The notes under the pieces are model-generated. The model was not told the origin of the DNA and did no database searches. It was given only the letters and a program-made list of their open reading frames with translations. Positions 50,088 to 61,635 of a stretch of 64,000 bases of DNA are shown piece after piece. The DNA comes from an uncultured Thermoleophilia bacterium. GTDB lineage: Bacteria; Actinomycetota; Thermoleophilia; UBA2241. Position numbers and translations under genes: made by a program. The stretch is taken from NCBI GenBank assembly GCA_963715985.1, contig CAVQSP010000011.1, forward strand, positions 320,001 to 384,000, read 5' to 3'. Each line of letters starts with the position of its first letter. The stretch's first letter is position 1.

Positions 50088-51593
50088 ATGAGCTTGGAGC
50101 AGTCCACGTTCGACCCCAAGCGCTGCGCGCTGACCGTGCCCAACGACCTCGCCTACCTGCCCATGATCCAGGGCTTCGTGCGCGCCTTCGCCGGTGAAGC
50201 CGGCTTCGCCGGCAAGGACCTCGGTCGTTTCGACCTGCTCATGGAGGAGGCGGTCACCAACGTCATCCACGGCGCCTTCGTCGAGGATGAGCGCGCCAGC
50301 TTCGACATCTCCTGTGAGCGCGTGCCCGCCGGCATCCAGATCACCGTGCACGACCAGGGCATGCCGTACGATCCCTCCCTGACCCCCGAGTACGACCCCC
50401 ACGCCGACCTGCACGAGCAGACGGGCAAGGGGCTCGGCAGCTTCCTCATGCAGCAGCTCGCCGACACCGTCGAGTTCCACAACCTGGGCAGCGAGGGCAA
50501 GGAGACGGTGTTCGTCAAGTACCTCGAGTCACAGGCGGTCACCGACGTCCCGCCGGCGGAGGCGCCGGCCGCGGCGCCGGAGCATGTACCCCCGGCCGAG
50601 CGCGTCGAGATCGAGGTGGGCCCGCTGCGCCCCGAGCAGGCCATCGAGGTCTGCCGCTGCATCTACGACGCGTACCGGTACACCTACGTGAACGAGCACA
50701 TGTACTACCCCGACCGCGTGATCGCCCTCAACGAGAGCGGCGACATGGTCTCGGCCGTCGCCTCCACGCGTGACGGCGAGGTGGCCGGGCACGCGGCCCT
50801 CGTGTTCCCTGAGGACACGCACGAGGTCGCCGACATGGCCGTGGCCGCGGTCAAGGCCAAGTTCCGCGGCCAGTCCATCGCGCGGCGGCTCGGCGAGCAC
50901 CTGGAGGCGGAGGCCAGGGCGCACGGCCTGCACGGGCTGTTCATCGAAGAGGTCACCGTCCACACGTACACGCAGAAGTTCTGCCACCGCCTCGACTTCA
51001 CCGACACGGGGTTCCTGCTCGCCTACTCCCCCGCCACCACGGCCTTCGCCGGCATCACCGGGGCCTCGGACGCGCGGCGCTCGGTCATCGTGGGCTTCAA
51101 GTACCTCGCCGCGCCGGCGGCCGCACGCATCTACGCCCCGGCCGCCCACAAAGACGTCATCACGAGCATCTACGAGCGCCTCGGCGCCCCCGTCACCTTC
51201 GCCCGTGAGGCCAAGGCGAGCGCACACGGCCTGCCCAGACTCGACGTGAGCGTCAACACGCGGCGCTCCGTGGCCACCATCCGCATCCCCACCTACGGCC
51301 GTGGTTTGCCGGAGCGGATCCGCGCGGAGGTGGTGCGGCTGCTGCACGAGAACGTCAGCGTCATCGACGTCTTTCTCGACCTCAGCGAGCGCGGCACAGG
51401 TACCGTCGCCGCGCACCTCGAAGAGGCCGGCTTCCTGTTCACCGGCCTGCTCCCCGGCGGCCCGTCCGGCGACTGGCTCATCATGCAGTTCTTCAACGGC
51501 GTGACCGTGGACTACGGGGGCATGCAGGTGGAGGACCCGTTCACGGCCGACATGCTCGCCTACATCCGCGCCAACGATCCTCTCGCCGTGTGA
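50088..51593 (+). CDS. RsbW-like HATPase fused to a GNAT acetyltransferase-like domain
   Basis: EEAVTNVIH, VHDQG, GKGLGSFLM; then GEVAGHAAL...AVKAKFRGQSIARRL and QKFCHRLDF; additional C-terminal domain. Confidence 0.85.
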   Translation: MSLEQSTFDPKRCALTVPNDLAYLPMIQGFVRAFAGEAGFAGKDLGRFDLLMEEAVTNVIHGAFVEDERASFDISCERVPAGIQITVHDQGMPYDPSLTPEYDPHADLHEQTGKGLGSFLMQQLADTVEFHNLGSEGKETVFVKYLESQAVTDVPPAEAPAAAPEHVPPAERVEIEVGPLRPEQAIEVCRCIYDAYRYTYVNEHMYYPDRVIALNESGDMVSAVASTRDGEVAGHAALVFPEDTHEVADMAVAAVKAKFRGQSIARRLGEHLEAEARAHGLHGLFIEEVTVHTYTQKFCHRLDFTDTGFLLAYSPATTAFAGITGASDARRSVIVGFKYLAAPAAARIYAPAAHKDVITSIYERLGAPVTFAREAKASAHGLPRLDVSVNTRRSVATIRIPTYGRGLPERIRAEVVRLLHENVSVIDVFLDLSERGTGTVAAHLEEAGFLFTGLLPGGPSGDWLIMQFFNGVTVDYGGMQVEDPFTADMLAYIRANDPLAV

Positions 51594-51719
51594 GTCCTCC
51601 GCCGGCCCGCCCCTGATGCAGGAGACCAGGAGCCCAGCGGGCGAGATGCTCTGCCGCGAGCGCCTCGAGAAGGTGCTCGGGCGCGGCAGAGACCGCCGCA
51701 GGGGTGACACGCGAGCGCT

Positions 51720-52049
51720 TCAGGAGTAGAGCGCGAGCGCCTCCTCGCGGGTGCCGACGATCTCGAAGAGCTCCGAGAAGCCGGAGATGCTGAACACGTC
51801 GTCCACGAACGGCTTCATGCCGCACAGCACGATGCGCCCGTCGTTCTTCTCCAGGAACTTGAGCACGGCGAGAAAGACCCGCAGCCCCGCGCTGGAGACG
51901 TACTCGTTGTCGTCGAAGTCCGCCACGAGCTTGCGGGCGCCCCCGTCCAGCAGCGTGTCGAACTCCGCCTCCACATCCTTGGCGCTCGTGGTGTCCACCC
52001 TCGCCGGGAGCCTGACGACGTTCACGTCGCCGACGACTTCAACTTCCAT
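51720..52049 (-). CDS. STAS domain anti-anti-sigma factor (RsbV/SpoIIAA-like)
   Basis: RVDTTSA, EYVSSAGLRVF (phospho-Ser motif), VFSISGF. Confidence 0.92.
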   Translation of the reverse strand: MEVEVVGDVNVVRLPARVDTTSAKDVEAEFDTLLDGGARKLVADFDDNEYVSSAGLRVFLAVLKFLEKNDGRIVLCGMKPFVDDVFSISGFSELFEIVGTREEALALYS

Positions 52050-52141
52050 ACGATCATCCTCCTGTGCGCCGGCGCCCCGCGCCGGCGGCCCCTGCTGGAC
52101 CGGCACCTATCTTCCGTGAGCACGCAGTGGACGGCAAGCGC

Positions 52142-54085
52142 TCACGCTCCTCGCCCCTCCTCCCCGCCGCCCAGGTAGCGGAACGACACCATGGTGATGT
52201 CGTCCGACTGCTCTGCCCCGCCGGCGTGCTCGGCCAGGGCCTGCATGAGGTCGGCGAGCATGCCGGTGCAGCCGTCCGCGCACACCCGTGCCAGCTCGCG
52301 CGCCAGCCGCTCCTCGCCGAACACCTCGTCGGCGGCGCTCATCGCCTCGCTCACGCCGTCGGTGTACAGGAACAGGGTGTCACCGGGCGCCAGCGTCAGC
52401 TCGGCCTCCGCATACACGATGCCGGCGCGCGCGCCGAGCGCCACGCCCTTGATGTGGGGCAGCTGCTCGACGTGGCCGTCGCGGTCGATGACGAACGGCC
52501 GGTTGTGGCCGGCGCTCGCGTACCTCACGTGGCCGCTGCGCAGGTCGACGACGGCCAGGAACATGGTGATGAACATCGCGGTGTCGTTGTCGGTGGAGAG
52601 CTCCCCGTTGACGCCGGCGAGGATGTGCGCGGGCCCGCCGCCCTCACGCGAGTAGGAGCGCAGGAAGGACCGCCCGACGGCCATGAGCAGCGCTGCAGGC
52701 ACGCCCTTGCCCGACACGTCGGCGATGGCCAGGCAGAGGTGGTCGTCGTCGAGCAGGAAGAAGTCGTAGAAGTCGCCGCCGACCTCACGGGCGGGTTCGA
52801 GCAGAGCGAAGAGCTCCATGTCGCGCCGTTCCGGGTAGGGCGGGAACGTACGCGGCACGAGGCTCATCTGGATCGAAGCGGCGATGCGCAGCTCGCTCTC
52901 GATGCGCTCGCGCTCGGCGGTGGTGATGCGCAGCTCCTCGATGCGCTCCAGCAGGTCGTCACGCATGCTCCCGAACGAGGCCGTCAGATGCGCGATCTCG
53001 TCCCGCCCCCTGGGCTGCGGCAGCGGGGCGTCGAGCTGGCCCTGGGCCAGGGTCTGCGCGGCCGCGTCGAGCACGCCGATCGGCCGCGTGATGGTCCTCG
53101 CCACCAGGAGCGCGATCACGAGGAGCGCGGCCAGGCCGATCAGGCCGATGGCCCACTGGATGCGGCTCAGCTCGATCACGGCGGCGTTGACCTGGCTGTC
53201 CGCGTACACGATGCCCAGCGACCACCCCGTGGACGGGATAGGCGTGTACGCGAGGTACGAGGGCTCGCTGGGCTCGAGTGCGTCGAGCCCGTCGAAGGCG
53301 ACGAACCCGCTGGCGCCGGCCGTCATCTTCTGGCCCACGGCGCGCAGGCTCGGGTCGTCGCGCGCCTCGGCCACACTGAAGATCGACTCGTTCATGATGA
53401 ACTCGTGGTCCGGGTGGGCGATGAAGGTGCCGTTCTGGCTGATGAGGAACGCGTAGCCGGTCTCGCCCAGGTCGAGGCCCTGCAACAGCGCCGAGAGCCA
53501 GGTGAGCGAGACGTCGCCGGTGACCACGGCCGAGACCGGGGCGGCGTCGCGGTCGAGGTGCACGGGCACCGAGTACGTGGCCGTGACCATGTTGGCGCCG
53601 CCCTCGTCGTAGTAGGGCTCCGTCCACTGCGCCTTGCCGGTCTGGAACGGCAGCTGGTACCAGTCGCCGCCTTCGTAGGCGCGGCCGTTGCGGCCGAGGT
53701 CCTTGACGCGCACGATGTCGCCGTCCATGTAGGCGTAGGGGGCGAAGGAGCCGTACACCTCGGGGTCGTAGGCGATGGCGGCGCCCACCAGCTCGGGGTT
53801 GCGCAGCACGGCGCGCTCCAGGAGGCGCCCTGCCTTCTCCGGCCCCGGCTCGAGGTCGTCGACCGACAGGGCCAGGCCCTGCACGACCTTCTCCACCGAG
53901 CCCTCCACGATCTCGATGCGGTTGGCCGTGGCCTGCATGGCCTGGGTGATCTCGCTGCGCTGCTGGGTGCGCAGGATCTGCCGGGCTTCGAGGTACGTGT
54001 ACGCGCTCACGGCCAGGAGGACGAGCCCCGCCCCCACGACCATGAACAGGGTGAGGCGGCGGGCGATGCTCAGGTCACGGAGCAC
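52142..54085 (-). CDS. Cache-HAMP-SpoIIE (PP2C) membrane phosphatase
   Basis: TM, Cache region (DWYQ, WTEPYYD), TM, HAMP, VGGDFYD, IADVSGKGVPAAL, YTDGVSEA, SDDIT. Confidence 0.93.
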   Translation of the reverse strand: MLRDLSIARRLTLFMVVGAGLVLLAVSAYTYLEARQILRTQQRSEITQAMQATANRIEIVEGSVEKVVQGLALSVDDLEPGPEKAGRLLERAVLRNPELVGAAIAYDPEVYGSFAPYAYMDGDIVRVKDLGRNGRAYEGGDWYQLPFQTGKAQWTEPYYDEGGANMVTATYSVPVHLDRDAAPVSAVVTGDVSLTWLSALLQGLDLGETGYAFLISQNGTFIAHPDHEFIMNESIFSVAEARDDPSLRAVGQKMTAGASGFVAFDGLDALEPSEPSYLAYTPIPSTGWSLGIVYADSQVNAAVIELSRIQWAIGLIGLAALLVIALLVARTITRPIGVLDAAAQTLAQGQLDAPLPQPRGRDEIAHLTASFGSMRDDLLERIEELRITTAERERIESELRIAASIQMSLVPRTFPPYPERRDMELFALLEPAREVGGDFYDFFLLDDDHLCLAIADVSGKGVPAALLMAVGRSFLRSYSREGGGPAHILAGVNGELSTDNDTAMFITMFLAVVDLRSGHVRYASAGHNRPFVIDRDGHVEQLPHIKGVALGARAGIVYAEAELTLAPGDTLFLYTDGVSEAMSAADEVFGEERLARELARVCADGCTGMLADLMQALAEHAGGAEQSDDITMVSFRYLGGGEEGRGA

Positions 54086-55082
54086 CGCGCGCCTCCGGAG
54101 CGACGAAGCGCTCGTACGAAGGGGCCTTCGTGATCTGGTCCTCGCCGATCATGATGGCCCGCGTGCGCGCGTAGTCGACCCGGGAGAGCTTGCCGACCTG
54201 CCAGGAGTCGTGCGCGCCGGGGAAGATGGACGCGAGCACGTGCTCGAGCATCCACTGCTGGTGCACGCGGTTGGTGGGCACGTGCGCGGCCCTGGCCTGG
54301 CGCATCACGATGTCCAGAGCTTGCTCCGGATGGTCGCGGCACCAGCTCCAGCCCTCGAGGGTGGCCGCGGCCACGTCGTCACAGACCCTGGGAGAGGACT
54401 TCTGTGTGGACGCCAGCGTGTAGACGCCGTCCTCGGGGAACCCCAGCCCGTAGTCGCGCATCTTGAAGGAGGTGAGCTGGTCGGGGTCCACACCCGCGTC
54501 GATGATGGCGTGGTACTCGTTGTACTCCATCGCCGCGCAGGCCTGTACTCCGCCGCGCAGGAAGAGGTTCACGGTGTAGTACTGAGGGACGATCCTGGGG
54601 TCGACGCCGGCGGCGCTGAAGAACGCCAGGAGCGCCGCCTGGAAGCTCGACCCCCACAGACTCACCCGCGTCGCCTCGAGATCGTTGCGGGTCGTCACAG
54701 AGGTCTTGCGCGCCACGATCATCAGACTCGAGCGGTTGATCACCTGGCACACGTTCACGAGGGGCGCGCCGGTCTCGTCGGCGCTCAGGGCGCCGCTCAG
54801 GAAGGCCGTGGCGAAGTCCGCCCTGCCCTCGCGCACCTCGGCGATCGGATCCACGTCCGGGCCGCCGGGCAGCACGATCACGTTGAGGCCGCGCCTGGCG
54901 TAGAAGCCCTTCTCAAGGCCCGCGTAGTAGCCCGCGAACTGCGCCTGCGGCCTCCACTGCAGCACGAGCTTCACGTCTTTCGGGTCGACGGCTCCTTTGG
55001 CCTCGCGGCCGCCGGGCCACAGGGCGAAGAAGGCCGCGACGAGCAGGCCCGCCGCGAGGACGCTGAGGGCCCGCCGCCTCAC
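54075..55082 (-). CDS. NMT1/THI5-family substrate-binding protein
   Basis: Signal/TM segment; LVLQWRPQAQFAGYYAGLEKGFY, GGPDVD, MEYNE, FPEDG, ATLEGW. Confidence 0.9.
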   Translation of the reverse strand: MRRRALSVLAAGLLVAAFFALWPGGREAKGAVDPKDVKLVLQWRPQAQFAGYYAGLEKGFYARRGLNVIVLPGGPDVDPIAEVREGRADFATAFLSGALSADETGAPLVNVCQVINRSSLMIVARKTSVTTRNDLEATRVSLWGSSFQAALLAFFSAAGVDPRIVPQYYTVNLFLRGGVQACAAMEYNEYHAIIDAGVDPDQLTSFKMRDYGLGFPEDGVYTLASTQKSSPRVCDDVAAATLEGWSWCRDHPEQALDIVMRQARAAHVPTNRVHQQWMLEHVLASIFPGAHDSWQVGKLSRVDYARTRAIMIGEDQITKAPSYERFVAPEARGAP

Positions 55083-55510
55083 GTGCGGTGGATGACCAGG
55101 CGCAGGATGTTGCGCGGACCGTCGCGGTTGTAGGAGACCTCGTCCATGACGCGGCGCACGAGGAAGATGCCGAGGCCGCCCACGGCCCGCTCCTCGACCG
55201 CGGCGCGCAGGTCGGGCTCTCCCACGGCCAGCGGGTCGAAGGGCACGCCCTCATCGATGAGCTCGACCACGAAGCGCTTCTCGCCGGGTGCGATGCGCAC
55301 GATGAGCTCGCCCGGGGGGATCTCGTAGGCGTACAGACAGATGTTGACGACGGCCTCTTCCACGGCGAGCTCGAGCTGCATGAGCCGCCGCGGGTGAAGA
55401 CCCCAGTCGCCGGCATGACCGGCGATGAAGGCGATGACCTCGGGCGTCTGCTCGACGTCCGCCACGAAGACCTGCTCGATGAAGCCGTCGGCCGGCTCGT
55501 CGGCTGCCAC
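55079..55510 (-). CDS. RsbW-like anti-sigma factor / serine kinase
   Basis: LELAVEEAVVNICLYAY, IDEGVPFDP, GGLGIFLVRRVMD; GGAGG RBS; GTGA overlap with the binding-protein gene. Confidence 0.9.
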   Translation of the reverse strand: MAADEPADGFIEQVFVADVEQTPEVIAFIAGHAGDWGLHPRRLMQLELAVEEAVVNICLYAYEIPPGELIVRIAPGEKRFVVELIDEGVPFDPLAVGEPDLRAAVEERAVGGLGIFLVRRVMDEVSYNRDGPRNILRLVIHRT

Positions 55511-55696
55511 TGCCCACCTCCCGTCACGGCGCCGCCGACGTGCACCCGGCCGCGCCCGCCCACCGCGGCCCCTCGACCGCGGCTTCGACCTGTCGCTGTC
55601 CGTATCGGCCGCACGGCGGCCGGGGATGAGAGCCCACGCGAGGAGGCGGGCTGAGGCGGGGCGGCGGGCGCCGCCCGCCGCCCCGCCCACCGATCG

Positions 55697-58370
<2,674 letters not shown>

Positions 58371-58374
<4 letters not shown>

Positions 58375-58802
58375 TCGTCCCCCCCTCCCGTCTTGATGTC
58401 GATCTTGCGGGCGCCGTCGCGTTCACTGAGCGTGAGTCTCACCTCGAGCACCCCGGCCTCGTACGTGGCCGTGGAGACGTCGGGGTCCACGTCCACAAGC
58501 AGACGTACGCGGCGCTCGAAGGTCCCGTAGTCCATCTCGACCTGCTGGTACACCCGCCCTTCGCGGGTGGGAAAGACGCGCTCGCCGCGGACCACCAGTT
58601 CGCGCCGGTCCACGAGCAGCTCGATGTCGGCCATGGCCATGCCGGGCAGCTCGAAGCGGACCACGATCTCGCGGGAATCCTCTTCGAAGTACGCGTCGGC
58701 GGCGGGACGGAAGCCGCGGCCGCCGAAGGGCTGCCGCACCGCCATCGCGCACGATTCGTTGAAGGCGCGCAGCACTTCGCTGTGCAGTTTCTCAACATCC
58801 AC
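58371..58802 (-). CDS. Hsp20/alpha-crystallin small heat-shock protein
   Basis: FRPAADAY, ELPGM, LVVRGER, YGTFERRV, ATYEAGVLEVRL; AAGGAG RBS; ATGA overlap with lon. Confidence 0.92.
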
Positions 58803-58877
58803 GGAGTGACTCCTTGCACGTGCCCCGGCCGCGATCACGCCGCGACCGGATGCGTTCCTCAGGACTCTGCGATGCAC

Positions 58878-58903
58878 CTACCCGCTTCGCTCGCGGGCGT
58901 AAC
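58878..58903 (-). promoter_or_regulatory. Possible SigB/SigF-type promoter upstream of hsp20-lon
   Basis: Minus strand GTTA-N16-GGGTAG. Confidence 0.45.
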
Positions 58904-58951
58904 GACGGCGGCGGGATCCTGCGCCGGGGCACTAGCGCCCCGGCCTTCATC

Positions 58952-59464
58952 TCAGCGGTAGGTGTAGGTCCACTCCGCGACCGCCTTCTTGCCACTCTTC
59001 GTGACCACGCTGACGCCGAAACGGTAGGTCCCCCTCGGGTACGGATCGGCCCACGAGAAGACGAGGATGGGCTGAGCCGGCGAGAGCGTCACCCAGTCGA
59101 CCCGCGCCTTCTGACGCCGCCCGTTCACGCTGAGCCTGCAGCGGGACGGCACCACGCGGGCGCTGAGCGGCAGGTAGGCGACGATGACCTGCCAGCTGGT
59201 CCACGGGCCCTTGGCATACGGTGGCGGCACCACGCTCACGACTCGCAGGCCGGAGCGCCCCTCCGACATCGAGGTCGTGGCCGCCGGGGAGGGCGTGCGC
59301 GGCGCGGCGACGCTCGACGGCTCCATCACAGCGGTACCGTCGCCGCTCGAAGCGCAAGCGGACGACACCGCCGCCAGGACGGAGGCCGCGACCAGCGAGA
59401 GGGCCAAGACCCGGCGAGGCCAAGGCGCGTCCGGCGGCCGCCCACTCGATGAACCGTGCAGCAT
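58952..59464 (-). CDS. Hypothetical lipoprotein
   Basis: Hydrophobic signal ending SSAC, S/P/T linker, short beta-rich domain. Confidence 0.6.
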   Translation of the reverse strand: MLHGSSSGRPPDAPWPRRVLALSLVAASVLAAVSSACASSGDGTAVMEPSSVAAPRTPSPAATTSMSEGRSGLRVVSVVPPPYAKGPWTSWQVIVAYLPLSARVVPSRCRLSVNGRRQKARVDWVTLSPAQPILVFSWADPYPRGTYRFGVSVVTKSGKKAVAEWTYTYR

Positions 59465-59675
59465 AGGCACCCCGGTGGTCCTCGCGGGATCAAGCCGACC
59501 GATTGTCCCCCGCGCCGCGGACCACGGCAAGGGCCGGCGCCGCGGGCGGAGAGCCGGCGGGCCACGACCGGCCTCGCCCGCTCTCGCCACACGTCCGCGC
59601 GCGAGGACTCTCGATCTTCACTTGAGGCTTAGGGATCGCCTCGCTTCCGTCCTCCACACGGTTTACCATGGCCGC

Positions 59676-61616
59676 GTGCAGCTGGCATTCACCACTGTCG
59701 ACGATTTCCACGCGCTGCTCGAGCAGGCGGGCGAAGCTCTCGACTACCGGGAGGCGTGGCCGCACCTCTTCCCCGTGGCCAACTGCCCCCCCGAGCTCAT
59801 GCACAAGCTGGTCGCCGACATCGTGCACGGCGACGAGCGGTTCTCCTGGGAGAGCGACGTTCGCGTGGGCCTCACCGCGTGGCGGGCTCATCGCCGCGAC
59901 CTCGCCGACGTGGCCTTCACCGTGGTCGACCTCGAGACCACAGGCGCCACGCCGGGCTTCTCCAAGATCACCGAGATCGGCGCCGTGCGCATCGAGGGCG
60001 GCCGCGAGACCGGCACCTTCTCGGAGCTGGTCAACCCCGGGGTGCGCATCCCCGAGATGATCGTCGGCATCACCGGCATCGACGACGCTACGGTGGCGGA
60101 CGCGCCGCCCATCGACGTAGTGCTGCCGCGCTTCGTGGACTTCGCCGCGGACTCCGTGCTCGTGGCCCACAACGCCCAGTTCGACCTCGGCTTCCTGGAC
60201 TACGAGCTGGGCAGGCTCGAGCGGCGCACCTTCCCGCGCCCGGCTCTGGACACGCTGCGCCTGGCGCGCAAGCTGTGCCCGCAGCAGCGCTGCTCGCTGA
60301 ACGCCCTCAGCTACCGCTTCGACACGCGCGTCAAGCCGGTGCACCGCGCCCTGCAGGACGCGCAGGCCACCGGCGAGCTGCTCCTCCTCTTCCTCTCCTG
60401 GCTCGAGGAGCAGGGCATGAGCACGCTGGAGGAGGTGGCGCGCTTCTGCGAGCCCGGCGCGCGCCGCAACTACCACAAGATCTCGCTCACCGAGAAGCTG
60501 CCCACCACACCCGGCGTGTACGTGATGCGCGACGAGAAGGGGGCGCCGCTGTACATCGGCAAGGCCGAGAACCTGCGGCGCCGCACGCGCGACCACTTCC
60601 TGCAGCGCCAGGCGTACCGTGCGCGTCAGGCGCTGGAGCTGCTGGAGGGTCTCGACGTGGTCGAGACAGGCTCCGAGTTCGGCGCCCTGCTCCTCGAGCA
60701 GCGTCTCATCCACAAGCACCGGCCACCGTTCAACTCGCACGGCACGCGTGTGCCGAGCTACTCCTACGTCAAGCTCAGCGCCGACGCGTACCCGCGCCTG
60801 TACGCCACGCCCAACCTGCGCGACGACGGCTCCTACTACGCCGGCCCGTTCCGCAAGTCCAGCGTGGCGAGGCGGCTGGTGGAGGGCCTCAACGGCGTCT
60901 TTCCACTGCGCACCTGCGCGCACCTGCCCAACGCCTCAGGCGGCTCGGCGGCCCGCGCGGCGCACGCCTGCCCGCGGGCCGGCACGGGCGCCTGCCTGGC
61001 GCCGTGCAGCCGGCCCCTCAACGGCGAGTACGCCGGCGTGGTGGCCGAGGTGCGGCAGGTGCTCGACGGGCACGGCGGAGCGCTCGACGAGCGCCTGCAG
61101 CAGCGCCAGGCCGGCATGGTGCAGGCGCTGGCGTTCGAGCAGGCGGCGCGCCTGCAGCGCCAGCGCGAAGCGCTCGAGCGGGCGCTGCGCACGGTCCGCC
61201 GCCTGCGCGCCGCGCAGACGCACGAGGCCGTGCTGGCCTACCCGGCGCACCGGCGCGGCTGGGTGGCGCTGTGGGGCGTGCGCGGGGGCCGCATCGCCGT
61301 GGAGCGCGAGGTGGGCCGCGAGGCGTTCGGCGAGGAGGCCGCCTGCGGCCTCCTCGCCGAACTCGCCGCGGCCCAGGCGCCGGTCGCGCCCCTGCCGGCC
61401 GCGGACATCGACGAGATGCTGCTCGTGCACTCGTGGCTCACGAGCAACCGCGAGTCCGTGCACGTCCTGGACACCTCGGCACTGCTGGCCGGCCGCGAGG
61501 GCCGCGCCGAGACCGGCGCCGAGCTCGTGCGGCGCGTACGGCTGTGCGCCGTCGGCGCCGCCGAAGGCGCGGCCCCGCCCGCCGGCGCGCACGGCGGCGC
61601 CCCGTCCGGCGCCTGA
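59676..61616 (+). CDS. DEDDh exonuclease fused to UvrC-like GIY-YIG endonuclease (Rv2191-like)
   Basis: VVDLETTG, VAHNAQFD, HRALQDA; PGVYVM...LYIGKA.NLRRR; Cys cluster LRTC...CLAPC; UVR-like ALAFEQAARLQ. Confidence 0.9.
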   Translation: MQLAFTTVDDFHALLEQAGEALDYREAWPHLFPVANCPPELMHKLVADIVHGDERFSWESDVRVGLTAWRAHRRDLADVAFTVVDLETTGATPGFSKITEIGAVRIEGGRETGTFSELVNPGVRIPEMIVGITGIDDATVADAPPIDVVLPRFVDFAADSVLVAHNAQFDLGFLDYELGRLERRTFPRPALDTLRLARKLCPQQRCSLNALSYRFDTRVKPVHRALQDAQATGELLLLFLSWLEEQGMSTLEEVARFCEPGARRNYHKISLTEKLPTTPGVYVMRDEKGAPLYIGKAENLRRRTRDHFLQRQAYRARQALELLEGLDVVETGSEFGALLLEQRLIHKHRPPFNSHGTRVPSYSYVKLSADAYPRLYATPNLRDDGSYYAGPFRKSSVARRLVEGLNGVFPLRTCAHLPNASGGSAARAAHACPRAGTGACLAPCSRPLNGEYAGVVAEVRQVLDGHGGALDERLQQRQAGMVQALAFEQAARLQRQREALERALRTVRRLRAAQTHEAVLAYPAHRRGWVALWGVRGGRIAVEREVGREAFGEEAACGLLAELAAAQAPVAPLPAADIDEMLLVHSWLTSNRESVHVLDTSALLAGREGRAETGAELVRRVRLCAVGAAEGAAPPAGAHGGAPSGA

Positions 61617-61635
61617 AGCGCCGCCCGCAGCGGCG

